Origin: a bacterium
GTDB taxonomy: Bacteria; RBG-13-61-14; DATKZS01
Assembly (NCBI GenBank): GCA_963674965.2
Contig: CAXXFL010000006.1
Span: 352,001 to 416,000, forward strand
Reading direction: 5' to 3'
Length of the DNA: 64,000 nucleotides
Below, one piece after another: positions 47,551-58,241 of the stretch. The translations under genes were made by a program, and so were the position numbers. The notes under the pieces were generated by a model. That model did not search any database. It was given only the letters and a program-made list of their open reading frames with translations, and was not told the origin of the DNA. Numbering within the stretch: the first letter of the stretch is position 1; each line of letters begins with the position of its first letter.

Positions 47551-49638
47551 ATGAAGAAAAAAGATCGCCCACAAACAAAAGACGCGAAAGGGGGCCGGAA
47601 AAAGGCGCCGGAGAAAAGTCCCCCCCGCGTCAGGGTAAAGGAGGGCTATATCCTGGCGGTGATTTTCCTGCTCGCCTTTTCAGTCCGACTCGCTTGCCTT
47701 ATTCAATTCGACCGAGCGCCCAATTTCGACAATCCCATCGGCGATTCCAACGAGTATTATCAGAGGAGTCTTGCCATCCTTGAGGGAGATATCATCGGCC
47801 AGGAGATATATTTTCACTCTTCACCGCCCTACCCTTATTTCATGGCCCTGATTTTCGCCATTTCCGGCGGGAGCTTTTTCGTCTTAAGGCTCGTCCAGAT
47901 ACTTATCGGCTCGGCCAATTGCGTCCTCATCTGCCTTTTGACCAAACGGCTCGCGCCCTCGAGCCGGGCCGCTCCGGCGCTGGCCGGGATATTAGCGGCC
48001 CTTTACGGCGTGCTGGCCTTTTTCGACCTCGATCTTCTGATGATATTCATGACCCTCTTCCTGGTTGACGCCTGTCTCCTTCTGCTCATCAGGGCGCGGG
48101 AAAGCGGCGGCCCGGCCACGACTTTCCTGGCGGGCGCCCTACTCGGCCTCGCCGCGCTGGACAAGACCAACCTCCTTGTGTTCGCGCCCCTCGCGGCCTG
48201 GTACCTGGCGGGGGATTTCTCGCTCAACTTCATGCAATGGAAATGGTCCCGAGGTTTCATCCTGGCCGCGGGCGTGGTCCTCATGATTCTTCCCGTTACC
48301 ATTCGGAATTACGCCGTGGGAGACGATTTCGTGCTCGTTTCCTCCAACGCCGGCGTGAACCTCTTCATCGGCAACAACCATGAAGGCAGGGGCATCTTCC
48401 TCTTGCCCCCAAGCTCGGGGCTGCGCAATACCGACCTGCCCGGGACCTCGATCGAGGTGGCGGAGAAGGCCCTGGGAAGGTCGCTCAAACCCTCGGAGGT
48501 ATCCGGCTTCTGGGCCGAAAAGGCTTGGGAATTCATCCTCCGAAATCCCCTCGAGGCGTTAAAACTGATTGGCCTGAAGGCGGTGCTCCTTCTCGGTTCC
48601 TTCGAGATTCCGAACCACCTCAACTTCTACTTCATGCGGCAGGATTACGTCGGCGCCTATAAATTTCTGCCCGCGGGATTCTGGCTGGTGGTCCCCCTTG
48701 GACTGGTGGGTATCTTCTGGCGCCGCCAAACCGGATTTACCGGACCCGACCGGCTCCTTGCCGGATTCCTTGTCGCCTATACCATCTCGATCCTTCCCTT
48801 CTTCATCACCTCCCGGTACCGACTGCCCATGATACCGGTCCTGATCGTCTTCGCCTCGGCGGCCCTGGTTGACTGGATATCCAGGGCCCGAGAACTGGGT
48901 CCGAGAAAATTGGCCCCCTGGGCCTTGGCCCTTATCCTCGTCTTCGCCTTTGTCAACCGCCCACAAACCAGCTTCAGCTACGGCTTCAACCGCGTGGTCA
49001 TGGCCAACAAGTACCTGGAACGCTCGCTCAAGGACAAGGACGGCGACCAGGGACGGATGGACGCGGTCAGGGCCATTGTCGAGTTCAAGCGGGCCCTCGA
49101 GACCGACCCCTTGTCCACCGACGCGCATTACAACCTGGGCCGGGCCTACGAGATGGTGGGTTTCTACTCGGGCGCGGCCCGGGAGTGGGAGGAAACCCTG
49201 AAGATAGACCCGGGCATCGAGTTCGCGGCCGGCGCCATCGAAAGCGTGAGGCCCAAGCTGGCCTCGGGAGGCGACAGAATCCCCGCCGACGCAATCCCCA
49301 AAACGCCCTACGAGACAGCGGTGATCGAGGAATCGAGGGGGAACGGGGCCCTGGCGCTCGATATGTACGGAAGGATCATTCGGGACGACCCTTACCACTT
49401 CATGGCCATGAACAACATGGCCTACCATTACTATCAAAGGGGCGACCTGAAAAAGGCCGTCAAGTACTTTGAAAAGGGACTTGCGATAAAGCCCGACCAT
49501 TTCTTCATGCTCAACAACCTGGCCGGGGCCTACTACAAACTGGGTGAAAAGGAAAAGGCAGAGGAGCTATGGCAAAAATGCCTCGCCATCCAGCCGGACA
49601 GCGAGTTGATCCTGAATCAACTCAAGATGGTATTGTAA
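47551..49638 (+). CDS. GT-C membrane glycosyltransferase with C-terminal TPRs
   Basis: PPYPYF, RNY, NAGVNLFIGN, SRYRLP; TPRs AHYNLG, NNLAGAY. Confidence 0.82.
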   Translation: MKKKDRPQTKDAKGGRKKAPEKSPPRVRVKEGYILAVIFLLAFSVRLACLIQFDRAPNFDNPIGDSNEYYQRSLAILEGDIIGQEIYFHSSPPYPYFMALIFAISGGSFFVLRLVQILIGSANCVLICLLTKRLAPSSRAAPALAGILAALYGVLAFFDLDLLMIFMTLFLVDACLLLLIRARESGGPATTFLAGALLGLAALDKTNLLVFAPLAAWYLAGDFSLNFMQWKWSRGFILAAGVVLMILPVTIRNYAVGDDFVLVSSNAGVNLFIGNNHEGRGIFLLPPSSGLRNTDLPGTSIEVAEKALGRSLKPSEVSGFWAEKAWEFILRNPLEALKLIGLKAVLLLGSFEIPNHLNFYFMRQDYVGAYKFLPAGFWLVVPLGLVGIFWRRQTGFTGPDRLLAGFLVAYTISILPFFITSRYRLPMIPVLIVFASAALVDWISRARELGPRKLAPWALALILVFAFVNRPQTSFSYGFNRVVMANKYLERSLKDKDGDQGRMDAVRAIVEFKRALETDPLSTDAHYNLGRAYEMVGFYSGAAREWEETLKIDPGIEFAAGAIESVRPKLASGGDRIPADAIPKTPYETAVIEESRGNGALALDMYGRIIRDDPYHFMAMNNMAYHYYQRGDLKKAVKYFEKGLAIKPDHFFMLNNLAGAYYKLGEKEKAEELWQKCLAIQPDSELILNQLKMVL

Positions 49639-49702
49639 GAATAAACGCCCGCCATCTAGCGTAAGATGACGCTTTTGTCACTCAAGCTTCATGCAATATT
49701 CT

Positions 49703-49852
49703 TTTTCTTGGCGTCATAGCCGCTTTGGAGCGCGATCGCTTGAGACCGCTTTCGATGGTCTTGGCTTGACAAGGCCTAGCAAGAAAACGGCTTGCCTCGC
49801 GTCAAGCCGCTCGGAAGAAAAGCGGCGTCGAGCCGCCGCACTCCAAAGCGGG
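49703..49852 (-). repeat. REPIN/MITE-like palindromic repeat, copy 2 (inverted)
   Basis: Bounded by CGCTTTGGAG and CTCCAAAGCG; matches copy 1. Confidence 0.88.
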
Positions 49853-49870
49853 ATCGTTGCATGAGGCTCG

Positions 49871-50074
49871 TTATTCTTCCTTGTCCTTTTCGAAAAGACT
49901 CGAGTAGAAAAGAAGGAACAGCACCAGGTCCACGGCCAACAAGGCCAGGAACCCGATCGAGGCGGGAACCATAATGCCGTCGGTCATGGCCGAGGCGAGA
50001 AAGAATACGCCTATGCCCGCCGCGGCCCCGGCCAGCCCCATCAGCGCCACCTTGCCCAGCCATCCCTTGGCCAT
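49871..50074 (-). CDS. Small two-TM membrane protein
   Basis: 67 aa, starts 2 nt after the kdsD stop. Confidence 0.7.
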   Translation of the reverse strand: MAKGWLGKVALMGLAGAAAGIGVFFLASAMTDGIMVPASIGFLALLAVDLVLFLLFYSSLFEKDKEE

Positions 50075-50076
50075 GA

Positions 50077-51039
50077 TTACACTACTCCCGCCTTGAGAAG
50101 GTCGTGAAGATGGATGATGCCCACCGGCTTTTTGCCGCCGGCGTCCTCAAGCACGGGCAGGGCCGTGATCGAGTGCTTCTCCATCAACTGGAGCGCCTTG
50201 GCCGCCAGGTTGTCGGGCAGGATGAACTTGGGGTTTGCCGTCATGATATCGCCCGCTCGCTTCTTGTGTATTTGCTCGTCCCTCGAGATGGACCGGCGAA
50301 GGTCGCCGTCCGATACGATCCCCTTCAGCTCGCCGCCGTCCACCACCATGGCGTGCCCCAGCATCTTCGAGTTCATCTCGCAGATAAGCTCGTTAAACGT
50401 GGCTTGGGACGAAACCGCGGGCGCCTCGTCTCCGGTCCTCATCAGGTCCGAGACGCGGTAGAGGAGCTTCTTGCCCAGGGACCCCGCCGGATGACGCAGG
50501 GCGAAGTCGTCGGCCGTGAAGCCGCGCCTCTCGAGAAGAGCGACGGCCAACGCGTCGCCCATGGCCAGGGCCGCCGTGGTGCTGGCCGTGGGAGCGAGCT
50601 TTAGGGGACAGGCCTCCTCCTTGACGCTCACGTCGATCACGGCGTCGCAAGAGCGGGCCAGAGAGGAATCCCTTTTCCCAAGAAGCCCGATGATGGGAAG
50701 ACCAAGCCGTTTCAGCACGGGCACGATGGCCAGAAGCTCCTCCGTCTCCCCGCTGTTCGACACCACCAGGGCCGCGTCGTTCTTGTCGATCATGCCCACG
50801 TCGCCGTGGACACCCTCCGCCGGATGCACGAAAAAGGCGGGAGTGCCGGTGCTGGCCAGGGTCGCGGCTATCTTGCGGCAGACGTGACCCGACTTGCCTA
50901 TGCCCGCGACTATGACCTTGCCCTTGCACGCCATTACAATATCGATGGCCAGAAGGAAATCGTCTCCGATCCGGCCCGCCATCTCCAGGATGGCCTCGGC
51001 CTCTATCTCGAGCACTCTCTTGCCGGTTTCGACGCTCAT
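50077..51039 (-). CDS. kdsD: Arabinose-5-phosphate isomerase (KpsF/GutQ)
   Basis: GIGKSGH, HGDVG, EACP..LAPT, HPAGSLG, CBS pair. Confidence 0.93.
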   Translation of the reverse strand: MSVETGKRVLEIEAEAILEMAGRIGDDFLLAIDIVMACKGKVIVAGIGKSGHVCRKIAATLASTGTPAFFVHPAEGVHGDVGMIDKNDAALVVSNSGETEELLAIVPVLKRLGLPIIGLLGKRDSSLARSCDAVIDVSVKEEACPLKLAPTASTTAALAMGDALAVALLERRGFTADDFALRHPAGSLGKKLLYRVSDLMRTGDEAPAVSSQATFNELICEMNSKMLGHAMVVDGGELKGIVSDGDLRRSISRDEQIHKKRAGDIMTANPKFILPDNLAAKALQLMEKHSITALPVLEDAGGKKPVGIIHLHDLLKAGVV

Positions 51040-51869
51040 CTTGCCTTGACCTCCCCGTCCAGCCTCATAAGAAGCGAGACGAGCGGCTCGACCTCCCCGA
51101 GGGGAAGGGAGTTGGGGCCGTCGCAAAGGGCGCACTCGGGATTGGGGTGGACCTCCATGAATACGGCGTCCACCCCCGCCGCCGCCGCCGCCCGGGCGAG
51201 GACCGGAACGAACTGACGCTCACCGCCCGACGAGGTCCCCCTCGCCGAGGGAAGCTGGACCGAGTGGGTGGCGTCGAATATCACCGGATATCCCATATCC
51301 CGAATGATGGCCAACGAGCGCATGTCCACCACCAGGTTGTTGTAACCGAAACTGACGCCGCGCTCGGTTATTATTACGCCGCCCTCACCGGCGCTCTCGA
51401 CTTTCCTCGCCGCCTCGGCCATGCCCGCCGGGGCCATGAACTGACCCTTCTTCACGTTGACCGGCTTGCCCGAGCGGCCCGCCTCCACCAAAAGGTCCGT
51501 CTGCCGGCAAAGAAAAGCCGGAATCTGAAGAACGTCCAGGGTCCGGGCCGCCGCTTCCACCTGCCCGGGCGCGTGAACGTCCGAGAGAACGGGCACGCCG
51601 AACTCCTCCCTGATCCGGGCCAGGATCGCCAGTCCCTCCTCCAGGCCGGGACCGCGGAAGGAATCCACGCTCGAGCGGTTGGCCTTGTCGAAGCTGGCCT
51701 TGAATATCCAGGGCAAGCCCAGCCGGTCCGTTATCTCGCGCAAAGTCCCGGCTACCCGGCGCGCAAGCTCCTCGCTCTCGATCACGCAGGGGCCGGCGAT
51801 GAGGGCCAAGGGCGCGTCGCCCCCGATGGCAATGGGACCGACTTGAACCGGGTTCGTCCGGGGAATCAT
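51036..51869 (-). CDS. kdsA: KDO 8-phosphate synthase
   Basis: [39 protein letters not shown]. Confidence 0.96.
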   Translation of the reverse strand: MIPRTNPVQVGPIAIGGDAPLALIAGPCVIESEELARRVAGTLREITDRLGLPWIFKASFDKANRSSVDSFRGPGLEEGLAILARIREEFGVPVLSDVHAPGQVEAAARTLDVLQIPAFLCRQTDLLVEAGRSGKPVNVKKGQFMAPAGMAEAARKVESAGEGGVIITERGVSFGYNNLVVDMRSLAIIRDMGYPVIFDATHSVQLPSARGTSSGGERQFVPVLARAAAAAGVDAVFMEVHPNPECALCDGPNSLPLGEVEPLVSLLMRLDGEVKAR

Positions 51870-53587
51870 TTAGACTCCCGCTTGGAAGCACTTTTCTTGG
51901 GGGAAGTCTTTTTAGGGCTTGCCTTGGCCTTGGACGCCGCTCCCGCGCCGGACCGGGCCCCCTTTTTGTATTCCTTGGCCGCCGCGATGAACTCGCGGAA
52001 AAGCGGGTGAGGGTCCCAGGGCCGGGACTTGAACTCGGGATGGAACTGGCAGCCCAGGAACCAGGGATGTTTCCTTTGATCGAGCTCGACCACCTCGACC
52101 AGGCCGCGGGTGGGATTCACGCCCGTCAGCTTGAGCCCCTTCTTGCAAAGGACCTCCCGGTAGGCGTCGTTGAACTCGTAACGGTGCCGGTGCCTCTCGG
52201 AGATATGCGTCGTCCGGTAGGCCTTGAAGGCCTGGGAGTGCTTCTCGAGCACGCAGTCCCACGCGCCCAGCCTCATGGTGCCGCCCTTGTTCGAGACGCC
52301 TTTTTGCTCGATCATCAGGCTGATGACCGGATGGGGCGAGTTCTCGTCGAACTCGGTCGAGTTGGCGCCCTTGAGCTTGGCAACCGCGCGGGCGAACTCG
52401 ATGGTGGCTATCTGCATGCCCAGGCAGATGCCGAAGTAGGGTATCTTTTTCTCGCGGGCGTACCGGGCCGCCTTAATCTTGCCCTCGATGCCCCTCGATC
52501 CGAAGCCGCCGGGAACCAGCACGCCCTGGCATCCCTCCAGCAGCTCGGCGGGAGTCTTTCCCTTCTCGAGTTCCTCCGAGTCCACGAACAGCAGCTCGAC
52601 GCGGCAGTTGTTGGCGATGCCCCCGTGGGCGAGCGCCTCGTTGAGGCTCTTGTAAGACTCGGTCAGGTCCACGTATTTACCCACGATGGCTATCCGGACC
52701 ACGGCCTTGGGGTCCTTGATCAGCCGGGCTATGCGCTCCCATTCCTCGAGGCGGGGGTCGCCCGTCCAAATGCCCAGGACGTCCACTATCTGGCCGTCCA
52801 GGCCCTCCTGGTGGAGCATGATCGGGACCTCGTAAATGGTGGCCGCGTCCTGCGCGGCGATGACCCGGGAGGGCCTCACGTTGCAGAAAAGGGCTATCTT
52901 TCTTTTCAGATCGTCATCGAGCGGATACTCGGTGCGGCAGACCAGGATATCTGGCCTGATCCCGATCTCCTGGAGCTTGTTCACCGAGTGCTGGGTGGGC
53001 TTGGTTTTCAGCTCTCCCGCGGCGCTTATGTAGGGGACCAGGGTCACGTGGACGTAGCAGCAGTGCTCGGGGCCCACGTCGAACTGGAACTGCCTGATGG
53101 CCTCCATGAAGGGAAGGCTCTCGATGTCGCCCACCGTGCCGCCTATCTCCATGATGGCGATGTCGGCGTCGCCGGCGGCCGCCGTGATCCGGTTCTTGAT
53201 CTCCTCGGTCACGTGGGGGATGACCTGGATGGTCTTGCCCAGGTAGTCCCCCCTCCTCTCCTTCTCGATGACCGTTTTATAAATCTGGCCGGTGGTGCAG
53301 TTGTGCTTCTTGGTGAGCTGGGCGTTGGTGAAACGCTCGTAATGCCCCAGGTCAAGGTCGGTCTCGGCCCCGTCGTCGGTGACGAAGACCTCACCGTGCT
53401 GAAGGGGGTTCATGGTCCCGGGATCGACGTTAAGGTATGGGTCGAGCTTGGCCAGGGTGACGGTAAGCCCCCTCGCCTCCATCAAGGCCCCGATGCAGGC
53501 GGCGGTCAGTCCCTTCCCCAGGCTCGAGACGACTCCTCCGGTTACGAAAATGAACTTAGTGGCCCTCTCCTTTTCACGCGTCGCCAT
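51866..53587 (-). CDS. pyrG: CTP synthase
   Basis: [44 protein letters not shown]. Confidence 0.98.
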   Translation of the reverse strand: MATREKERATKFIFVTGGVVSSLGKGLTAACIGALMEARGLTVTLAKLDPYLNVDPGTMNPLQHGEVFVTDDGAETDLDLGHYERFTNAQLTKKHNCTTGQIYKTVIEKERRGDYLGKTIQVIPHVTEEIKNRITAAAGDADIAIMEIGGTVGDIESLPFMEAIRQFQFDVGPEHCCYVHVTLVPYISAAGELKTKPTQHSVNKLQEIGIRPDILVCRTEYPLDDDLKRKIALFCNVRPSRVIAAQDAATIYEVPIMLHQEGLDGQIVDVLGIWTGDPRLEEWERIARLIKDPKAVVRIAIVGKYVDLTESYKSLNEALAHGGIANNCRVELLFVDSEELEKGKTPAELLEGCQGVLVPGGFGSRGIEGKIKAARYAREKKIPYFGICLGMQIATIEFARAVAKLKGANSTEFDENSPHPVISLMIEQKGVSNKGGTMRLGAWDCVLEKHSQAFKAYRTTHISERHRHRYEFNDAYREVLCKKGLKLTGVNPTRGLVEVVELDQRKHPWFLGCQFHPEFKSRPWDPHPLFREFIAAAKEYKKGARSGAGAASKAKASPKKTSPKKSASKRESK

Positions 53588-53624
53588 GCCATCTCTCCCT
53601 GCCCCCGCGGGGCGTCTTTTCGTC

Positions 53625-54404
53625 CTATGCTTTCTCCTTCTTAAGAAGGGCCTTGACTTTTTTTACGTCCTCGGGAACGTCCACCCCCACCGACTCGTGG
53701 GGCGTCTCCACCACCCTGATCCGAAAACCCCACTCGAGCACCCGAAGCTGCTCGAGCGACTCAGCCTTCTCGAGGGGCGTCCGGGGCAGGCTGGCCAGCG
53801 CCTGGAGGAAACCGTGGTTAAAACCGTAAATGCCCACGTGCTTCATCGGGGCGGGTACCAGCTCTTTGGGCGGCCCTTGCCCCTTTTTCCACGAGTCCAT
53901 GACCTCGACGCTCACCCGGTAGGCGGGAAGAGGAGAACGGGAAAAGTACATGGCGTTCCCCTGCTCGTCGCGTACCACCTTGACCACGTTGGGGTTAAGG
54001 TAGTCGGAGCGGCTCGAAATGGGCCTCATCAGGGTGCTCATGGGCAGGTCCTCATCCATGAGGAGGGGCTCGGCCACCAGGTCGAGACTGTCCGGATGAA
54101 TAAGCGGCTCGTCGCCCTGAAGGTTGATGATCACGTCGGCGCTGATCTTGGCCGCCGCCTCGGCGACCCGGTCGGTCCCGCTCTGGTGATGGTCCGAGGT
54201 CATGACCACGCGGCCGCCGAACTCGCTGACGGCCTCGGCCACGCGCTCGTCGTCGGTGGCGACCATGACCTCGTCCACCTTTTCGGCCATGGACGCCCGT
54301 TCCCATACCCATTGGATCATGGGCTTGCCGTTTATGGGGACTAGTACCTTTCCGGGAAATCGGGTTGAAGCGTATCGGGCGGGGATTATTGCCACTACCT
54401 TCAT
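53625..54404 (-). CDS. kdsB: CMP-KDO synthetase
   Basis: [28 protein letters not shown]. Confidence 0.96.
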   Translation of the reverse strand: MKVVAIIPARYASTRFPGKVLVPINGKPMIQWVWERASMAEKVDEVMVATDDERVAEAVSEFGGRVVMTSDHHQSGTDRVAEAAAKISADVIINLQGDEPLIHPDSLDLVAEPLLMDEDLPMSTLMRPISSRSDYLNPNVVKVVRDEQGNAMYFSRSPLPAYRVSVEVMDSWKKGQGPPKELVPAPMKHVGIYGFNHGFLQALASLPRTPLEKAESLEQLRVLEWGFRIRVVETPHESVGVDVPEDVKKVKALLKKEKA

Positions 54405-54474
54405 CTAAGAGCCAACCTGCTTGGAAAAGAGTATATCAGAGTAGGGTGAAGAGTCAAAGACGGGACCCCCATCC

Positions 54475-55686
54475 TCACGCCATCAGCTCGAGGATTTCGT
54501 CGATCAGCCGGGTCAGCTTGCCCGACTCGTCGGGGTTGGGCTTTCGGCCCTGGTCCAGAAGCTCACGGTAAAGCCCGTCGTAGGTTTTCCCGATCGTCTC
54601 GTGAGTAAAGGCCTCGGTGTCGAAAGGCTCGTGGAACTCCCCGGGAGCATCGAGCACCCGCTGGATTTTATCCGCGAAATCCCCCGGGTCGTCGTCGGCG
54701 AAAAGCCCGTTTTTTCCAGGCTTTACCGCCGCCCGCGAGGCCATGGTCTCGGTGGCCACCACCGGCAGACCGGCGGCCCCGGCCTCGTAAAGCACGATGC
54801 CCTGGGTGTCGGACAAGGAGGGAAAAAGGAACACGTCGCCCAGGAAATAAGCCGCCGCCAGCGTGTCCTGGTCCAGGAACCCGCCCCATATCAGGCGCCC
54901 GGACAACCCAAGCTCGGCGGCCTCCTTGTCCAGGGCCCCTATCTCGGGGCCGTCTCCCACCATGAAGAGCGCGTAGTTCCTGCCCTTGTCCACCAGCTTC
55001 TTCAAGGCCCTCAGGCAAAGGGCCACGTTCTTCTCCTGGCTGATCCTTCCCACGTTCAAAAGCACGGCGTCGAACTTGTCGAGACCGTATTTTCCCGCCA
55101 AGTCCTTGACCGTTTCGGGCGTGACCTTCTTGAACCTAGAAAAATCCACGCCCGTGGGAACGGGAACCACCTTGACCTCGACCCCCGCCTCGGCCAGGTA
55201 CTCCGCGATGGGGGCCGTCGGGGCGATGACCAGGTTCGTCCGATTGGCGTAGCGGATGACGTAATCCCGCACCGCCTTGCGTACCGCGTCCGAGTCGAGC
55301 ATCAAGTAATGAGTGAAAAACTCGTAAAGGGTATGGAAGGTGTAGACAAGAGGAAGGCCGAACTCGTCGGCCATCTCCAGGCCGGCCTTGCCGAGAAGGA
55401 AGGGATGGTGGCTGTGAATGAGGTGGGGCCTCCACTTTTCAATCACCTCCCGAATGGCGTCCATGTCCAGGCCCCGAAGGGGAAGGCTCATCCTGGCGTT
55501 GCGAAGATAGGCGGACTTGACGCGGAAGACCTCGATCCCCCTCACCTTCTTGCCGTAGCCGTAATCGGGCGCGATAATCAGAGTCTCGTGGCCCATCCGG
55601 TTGAGGGCCGAGTTTAAAAAATTCACCGCCACCGACACGCCCGACAGGCGCGGGAAAAAATTATTGGTAAATAAAGCCACTCTCAT
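54475..55686 (-). CDS. GT4 glycosyltransferase
   Basis: HSHHPF, TFHT, GRISQEKN, DTQGIVLYEA. Confidence 0.9.
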   Translation of the reverse strand: MRVALFTNNFFPRLSGVSVAVNFLNSALNRMGHETLIIAPDYGYGKKVRGIEVFRVKSAYLRNARMSLPLRGLDMDAIREVIEKWRPHLIHSHHPFLLGKAGLEMADEFGLPLVYTFHTLYEFFTHYLMLDSDAVRKAVRDYVIRYANRTNLVIAPTAPIAEYLAEAGVEVKVVPVPTGVDFSRFKKVTPETVKDLAGKYGLDKFDAVLLNVGRISQEKNVALCLRALKKLVDKGRNYALFMVGDGPEIGALDKEAAELGLSGRLIWGGFLDQDTLAAAYFLGDVFLFPSLSDTQGIVLYEAGAAGLPVVATETMASRAAVKPGKNGLFADDDPGDFADKIQRVLDAPGEFHEPFDTEAFTHETIGKTYDGLYRELLDQGRKPNPDESGKLTRLIDEILELMA

Positions 55687-55900
55687 TCGTCCGTTTTCCC
55701 TGGTGAGATTTTACATCGCGGGCTCCCCCGGCGCAATCGCCGGCCAAGACGCCCGCCAAAACGAGAGGAAACCCCTTGTCGGCCCCGGATTGCGCTCGAT
55801 CGAGCGGGCCTGGCCATAAAATGCTATTGTAAAAAAACGCGCCATGCACTAGATTACGGATAATCCGGCGGCTCCCGCCGAACTGAAAGGAGTTCTCAAA

Positions 55901-58183
55901 ATGGTCCGGGAAGTAACCTTCGACCGAAAAAGCCTCATCATCGACGGCGAGAGAAAACTTATTTTCTCGGGCGCCATGCATTACTATCGTCTGCCTTCTC
56001 CGGAGCTTTGGCGCCATCGCCTGCGGCGGATGAAGGACATGGGCCTGGACACGGTGGACCTTTATTTCTACTGGGCCTACCACAGCCCTCGGGAGGGCGA
56101 GTACGACTTTTCCGGCTTCAGGGACGTGGACCTTCTTATGGACATGGTCGAGGAGGAGGGGTTGTACCTCATGGCCCGGCCCGGGCCCTATATCTGCTCG
56201 GAGGTCGACGGAGGCGGTTTTCCCGGCTGGCTCCTTAACAAGGACCTCAACTTCCGCTGCAAGCGGGACGGAAAGTTCGAGTACGACGCCGAGTACATGA
56301 GGAGCGTCCGGGAATGGTACGAGCAAATAGTGCCCCGTATAGCGCGCAGAAAAAACCTCATCCTCTTCCAGATCGAGAACGAGTATCACTGGCTGCCCAC
56401 GCCCAAGGGCGTCCTCCTCAAGTCCCAGAAGGCGCTCCAAAAACGGATGGGGCCCACGGCCCTCCTGGACCTGGCCATGCGGCGGCCGATTAGGGCGGCC
56501 ATGCTGGCGGCCCAGAAGAGGGCCATGAAGCGCCCGGACCATTGCCAGTCCAACCGCTATTTCAAGGAACTCTACGAAATGGCCCGCGAGATGGGGATCA
56601 AGGTCCCCATCTTCCACAACGACGTCGAGGGCGCCATGCACCGCTTCGTGGACGTGGACGTGGTCGGCATTGACGATTACCCGATCAAGACCTTTAACGT
56701 GGACTGGCACAACAGGCCTCACGTCTTCGCGAGCCTGGATATTATCGAGGAGGGACACGCGGCTCACGGCAAGGATTGCCCGGTGCTGATAGGAGAGACA
56801 CAGGGGGGCTGGTTCGATCCGTGGGGAGCCATGGGACACGCGGCCAACCGGAGAAGACTCGGTCCCGAGTCCCTGGACATAACCATTAAAACCTGCCTGT
56901 CCCAGGGAGCGGCGGTGATAAGCACGTTCATGGCCTGCGGCGGCACGACCTGGGGCTACGTGGGCAGCCCGGACGTCTATTCCTCCTACGACTTCTCGGC
57001 CCCCATCACCGAGGGCGGCCGGCCCTCCGCGAGAAGCAAGGCGCTTAAAAAGGTCATCGAGTTCGCCAGGCGCCACGAGAGGGAAATCCTCGAGTCCGTG
57101 CCCGGCCCTCCCCTTTGCGAGCTCTCCCCCCAACTGTACTGCAAGGCCAGGAAGGCCCCCACCGGCTCCCGTTTCCTCTACTTCAGGAACTGTACGAGGG
57201 ACGCCCAGCGGGTCAAGATCGGAGATAAAAGAATGAGCGTGGCCCCCTCGGCCATGACCGTCGTCAAGGTCGATGAAAGAAACGAGATTCTGGACACCTT
57301 GGCGCCCGCGACCGACACGGCCGAGTTCGTCTTCCCTCCCACCGAAATCCCCAGGCTCTCGGGATGGAGGTTCGGATGGGCCAGGTCGCCCATTGACGTC
57401 GATTTCGACGACTCGGCCTGGCTCGAGGTCCCGCCGGGAGAAAAAATGGACATGGACGCGGCCGGGGTCCACTACGGCTTCATCTGGTACAGGGCGAGGC
57501 TCGAAAAACGAATGACCTCGTTCAAGATCGACGCCAGGCACTGCTGGGCCGCCTACTTGAACGGCGTATTAATCCACGCCCATGACAACCATAAAAACCG
57601 GCTGGGCACGGGCGACGACATGGCCGAGACGGTCACGGTCAACGTGCCCCTCGGGCTTTTTCGGGACGCTGAAAACGTGCTGACCATCCTGGTCGAGAGC
57701 CTGGGCCACAACAAGGGTTTCCTCGAGGACCTGCACCAGAAACGGGGCATCGTCTCCTTCAAAGCCAAGGACGCGCCCGGCTTCCGCGTACGGGGAGGAC
57801 TTTTTCACGACCGGGAAGGCATGACTCCTCACGTGGATTTCTCGAAAGTCGAGCTGAGGCACGAAAAAGACGTCAAGGCCCCTCACCAGTGGCCGGCGGA
57901 CCGCCACGGCATAGGCGTTTATCGTACTATTTTCATTCTCGATCTGGAGGGACCCGATTCCCCTCCCCTTTCCCTGGACATACCCAGATCCTCGGAGAAG
58001 GCCCTCGTCTATATCAACGGATGGCTGGTGGGCAGGTATTGGGGATCGGTCGGACCGCAAAAGCTGTTCTACCTTCCCGCGGGCCTGCTAAACTGGAAAG
58101 GGGAAAATGAGCTCGCGATCGCCCTGTGGAGATGGGAGGAACCCGGCCTGCTCGGCGGCGTCCACCTCGAGATGCACCCTTGA
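55901..58183 (+). CDS. Beta-galactosidase, GH35
   Basis: SGAMHY, RPGPYICSE..GG.PGW, QIENEY, ETQGGWF, SSYDFSAPI. Confidence 0.92.
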   Translation: MVREVTFDRKSLIIDGERKLIFSGAMHYYRLPSPELWRHRLRRMKDMGLDTVDLYFYWAYHSPREGEYDFSGFRDVDLLMDMVEEEGLYLMARPGPYICSEVDGGGFPGWLLNKDLNFRCKRDGKFEYDAEYMRSVREWYEQIVPRIARRKNLILFQIENEYHWLPTPKGVLLKSQKALQKRMGPTALLDLAMRRPIRAAMLAAQKRAMKRPDHCQSNRYFKELYEMAREMGIKVPIFHNDVEGAMHRFVDVDVVGIDDYPIKTFNVDWHNRPHVFASLDIIEEGHAAHGKDCPVLIGETQGGWFDPWGAMGHAANRRRLGPESLDITIKTCLSQGAAVISTFMACGGTTWGYVGSPDVYSSYDFSAPITEGGRPSARSKALKKVIEFARRHEREILESVPGPPLCELSPQLYCKARKAPTGSRFLYFRNCTRDAQRVKIGDKRMSVAPSAMTVVKVDERNEILDTLAPATDTAEFVFPPTEIPRLSGWRFGWARSPIDVDFDDSAWLEVPPGEKMDMDAAGVHYGFIWYRARLEKRMTSFKIDARHCWAAYLNGVLIHAHDNHKNRLGTGDDMAETVTVNVPLGLFRDAENVLTILVESLGHNKGFLEDLHQKRGIVSFKAKDAPGFRVRGGLFHDREGMTPHVDFSKVELRHEKDVKAPHQWPADRHGIGVYRTIFILDLEGPDSPPLSLDIPRSSEKALVYINGWLVGRYWGSVGPQKLFYLPAGLLNWKGENELAIALWRWEEPGLLGGVHLEMHP

Positions 58184-58184
58184 T

Positions 58185-58224
58185 AAAAAAAGACGGGAGA
58201 GGCGATAAAAGCGCCTTTCCCGTC
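58185..58224 (-). terminator. Intrinsic terminator between convergent GH35 and glpB
   Basis: GACGGGAGAGGCG/CGCCTTTCCCGTC stem next to an A7 run (U-tract on the minus strand). Confidence 0.6.
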
Positions 58225-58241
58225 CGGAAAAGCAATAATTA

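Noticed and set aside
52007..53644. Long antisense ORFs (also 31623-33131, 42427-43818, 55661-57541, 61268-62551, 54601-55617)
   Set aside because: Shadow frames opposite well-supported genes in high-GC DNA; no motifs.
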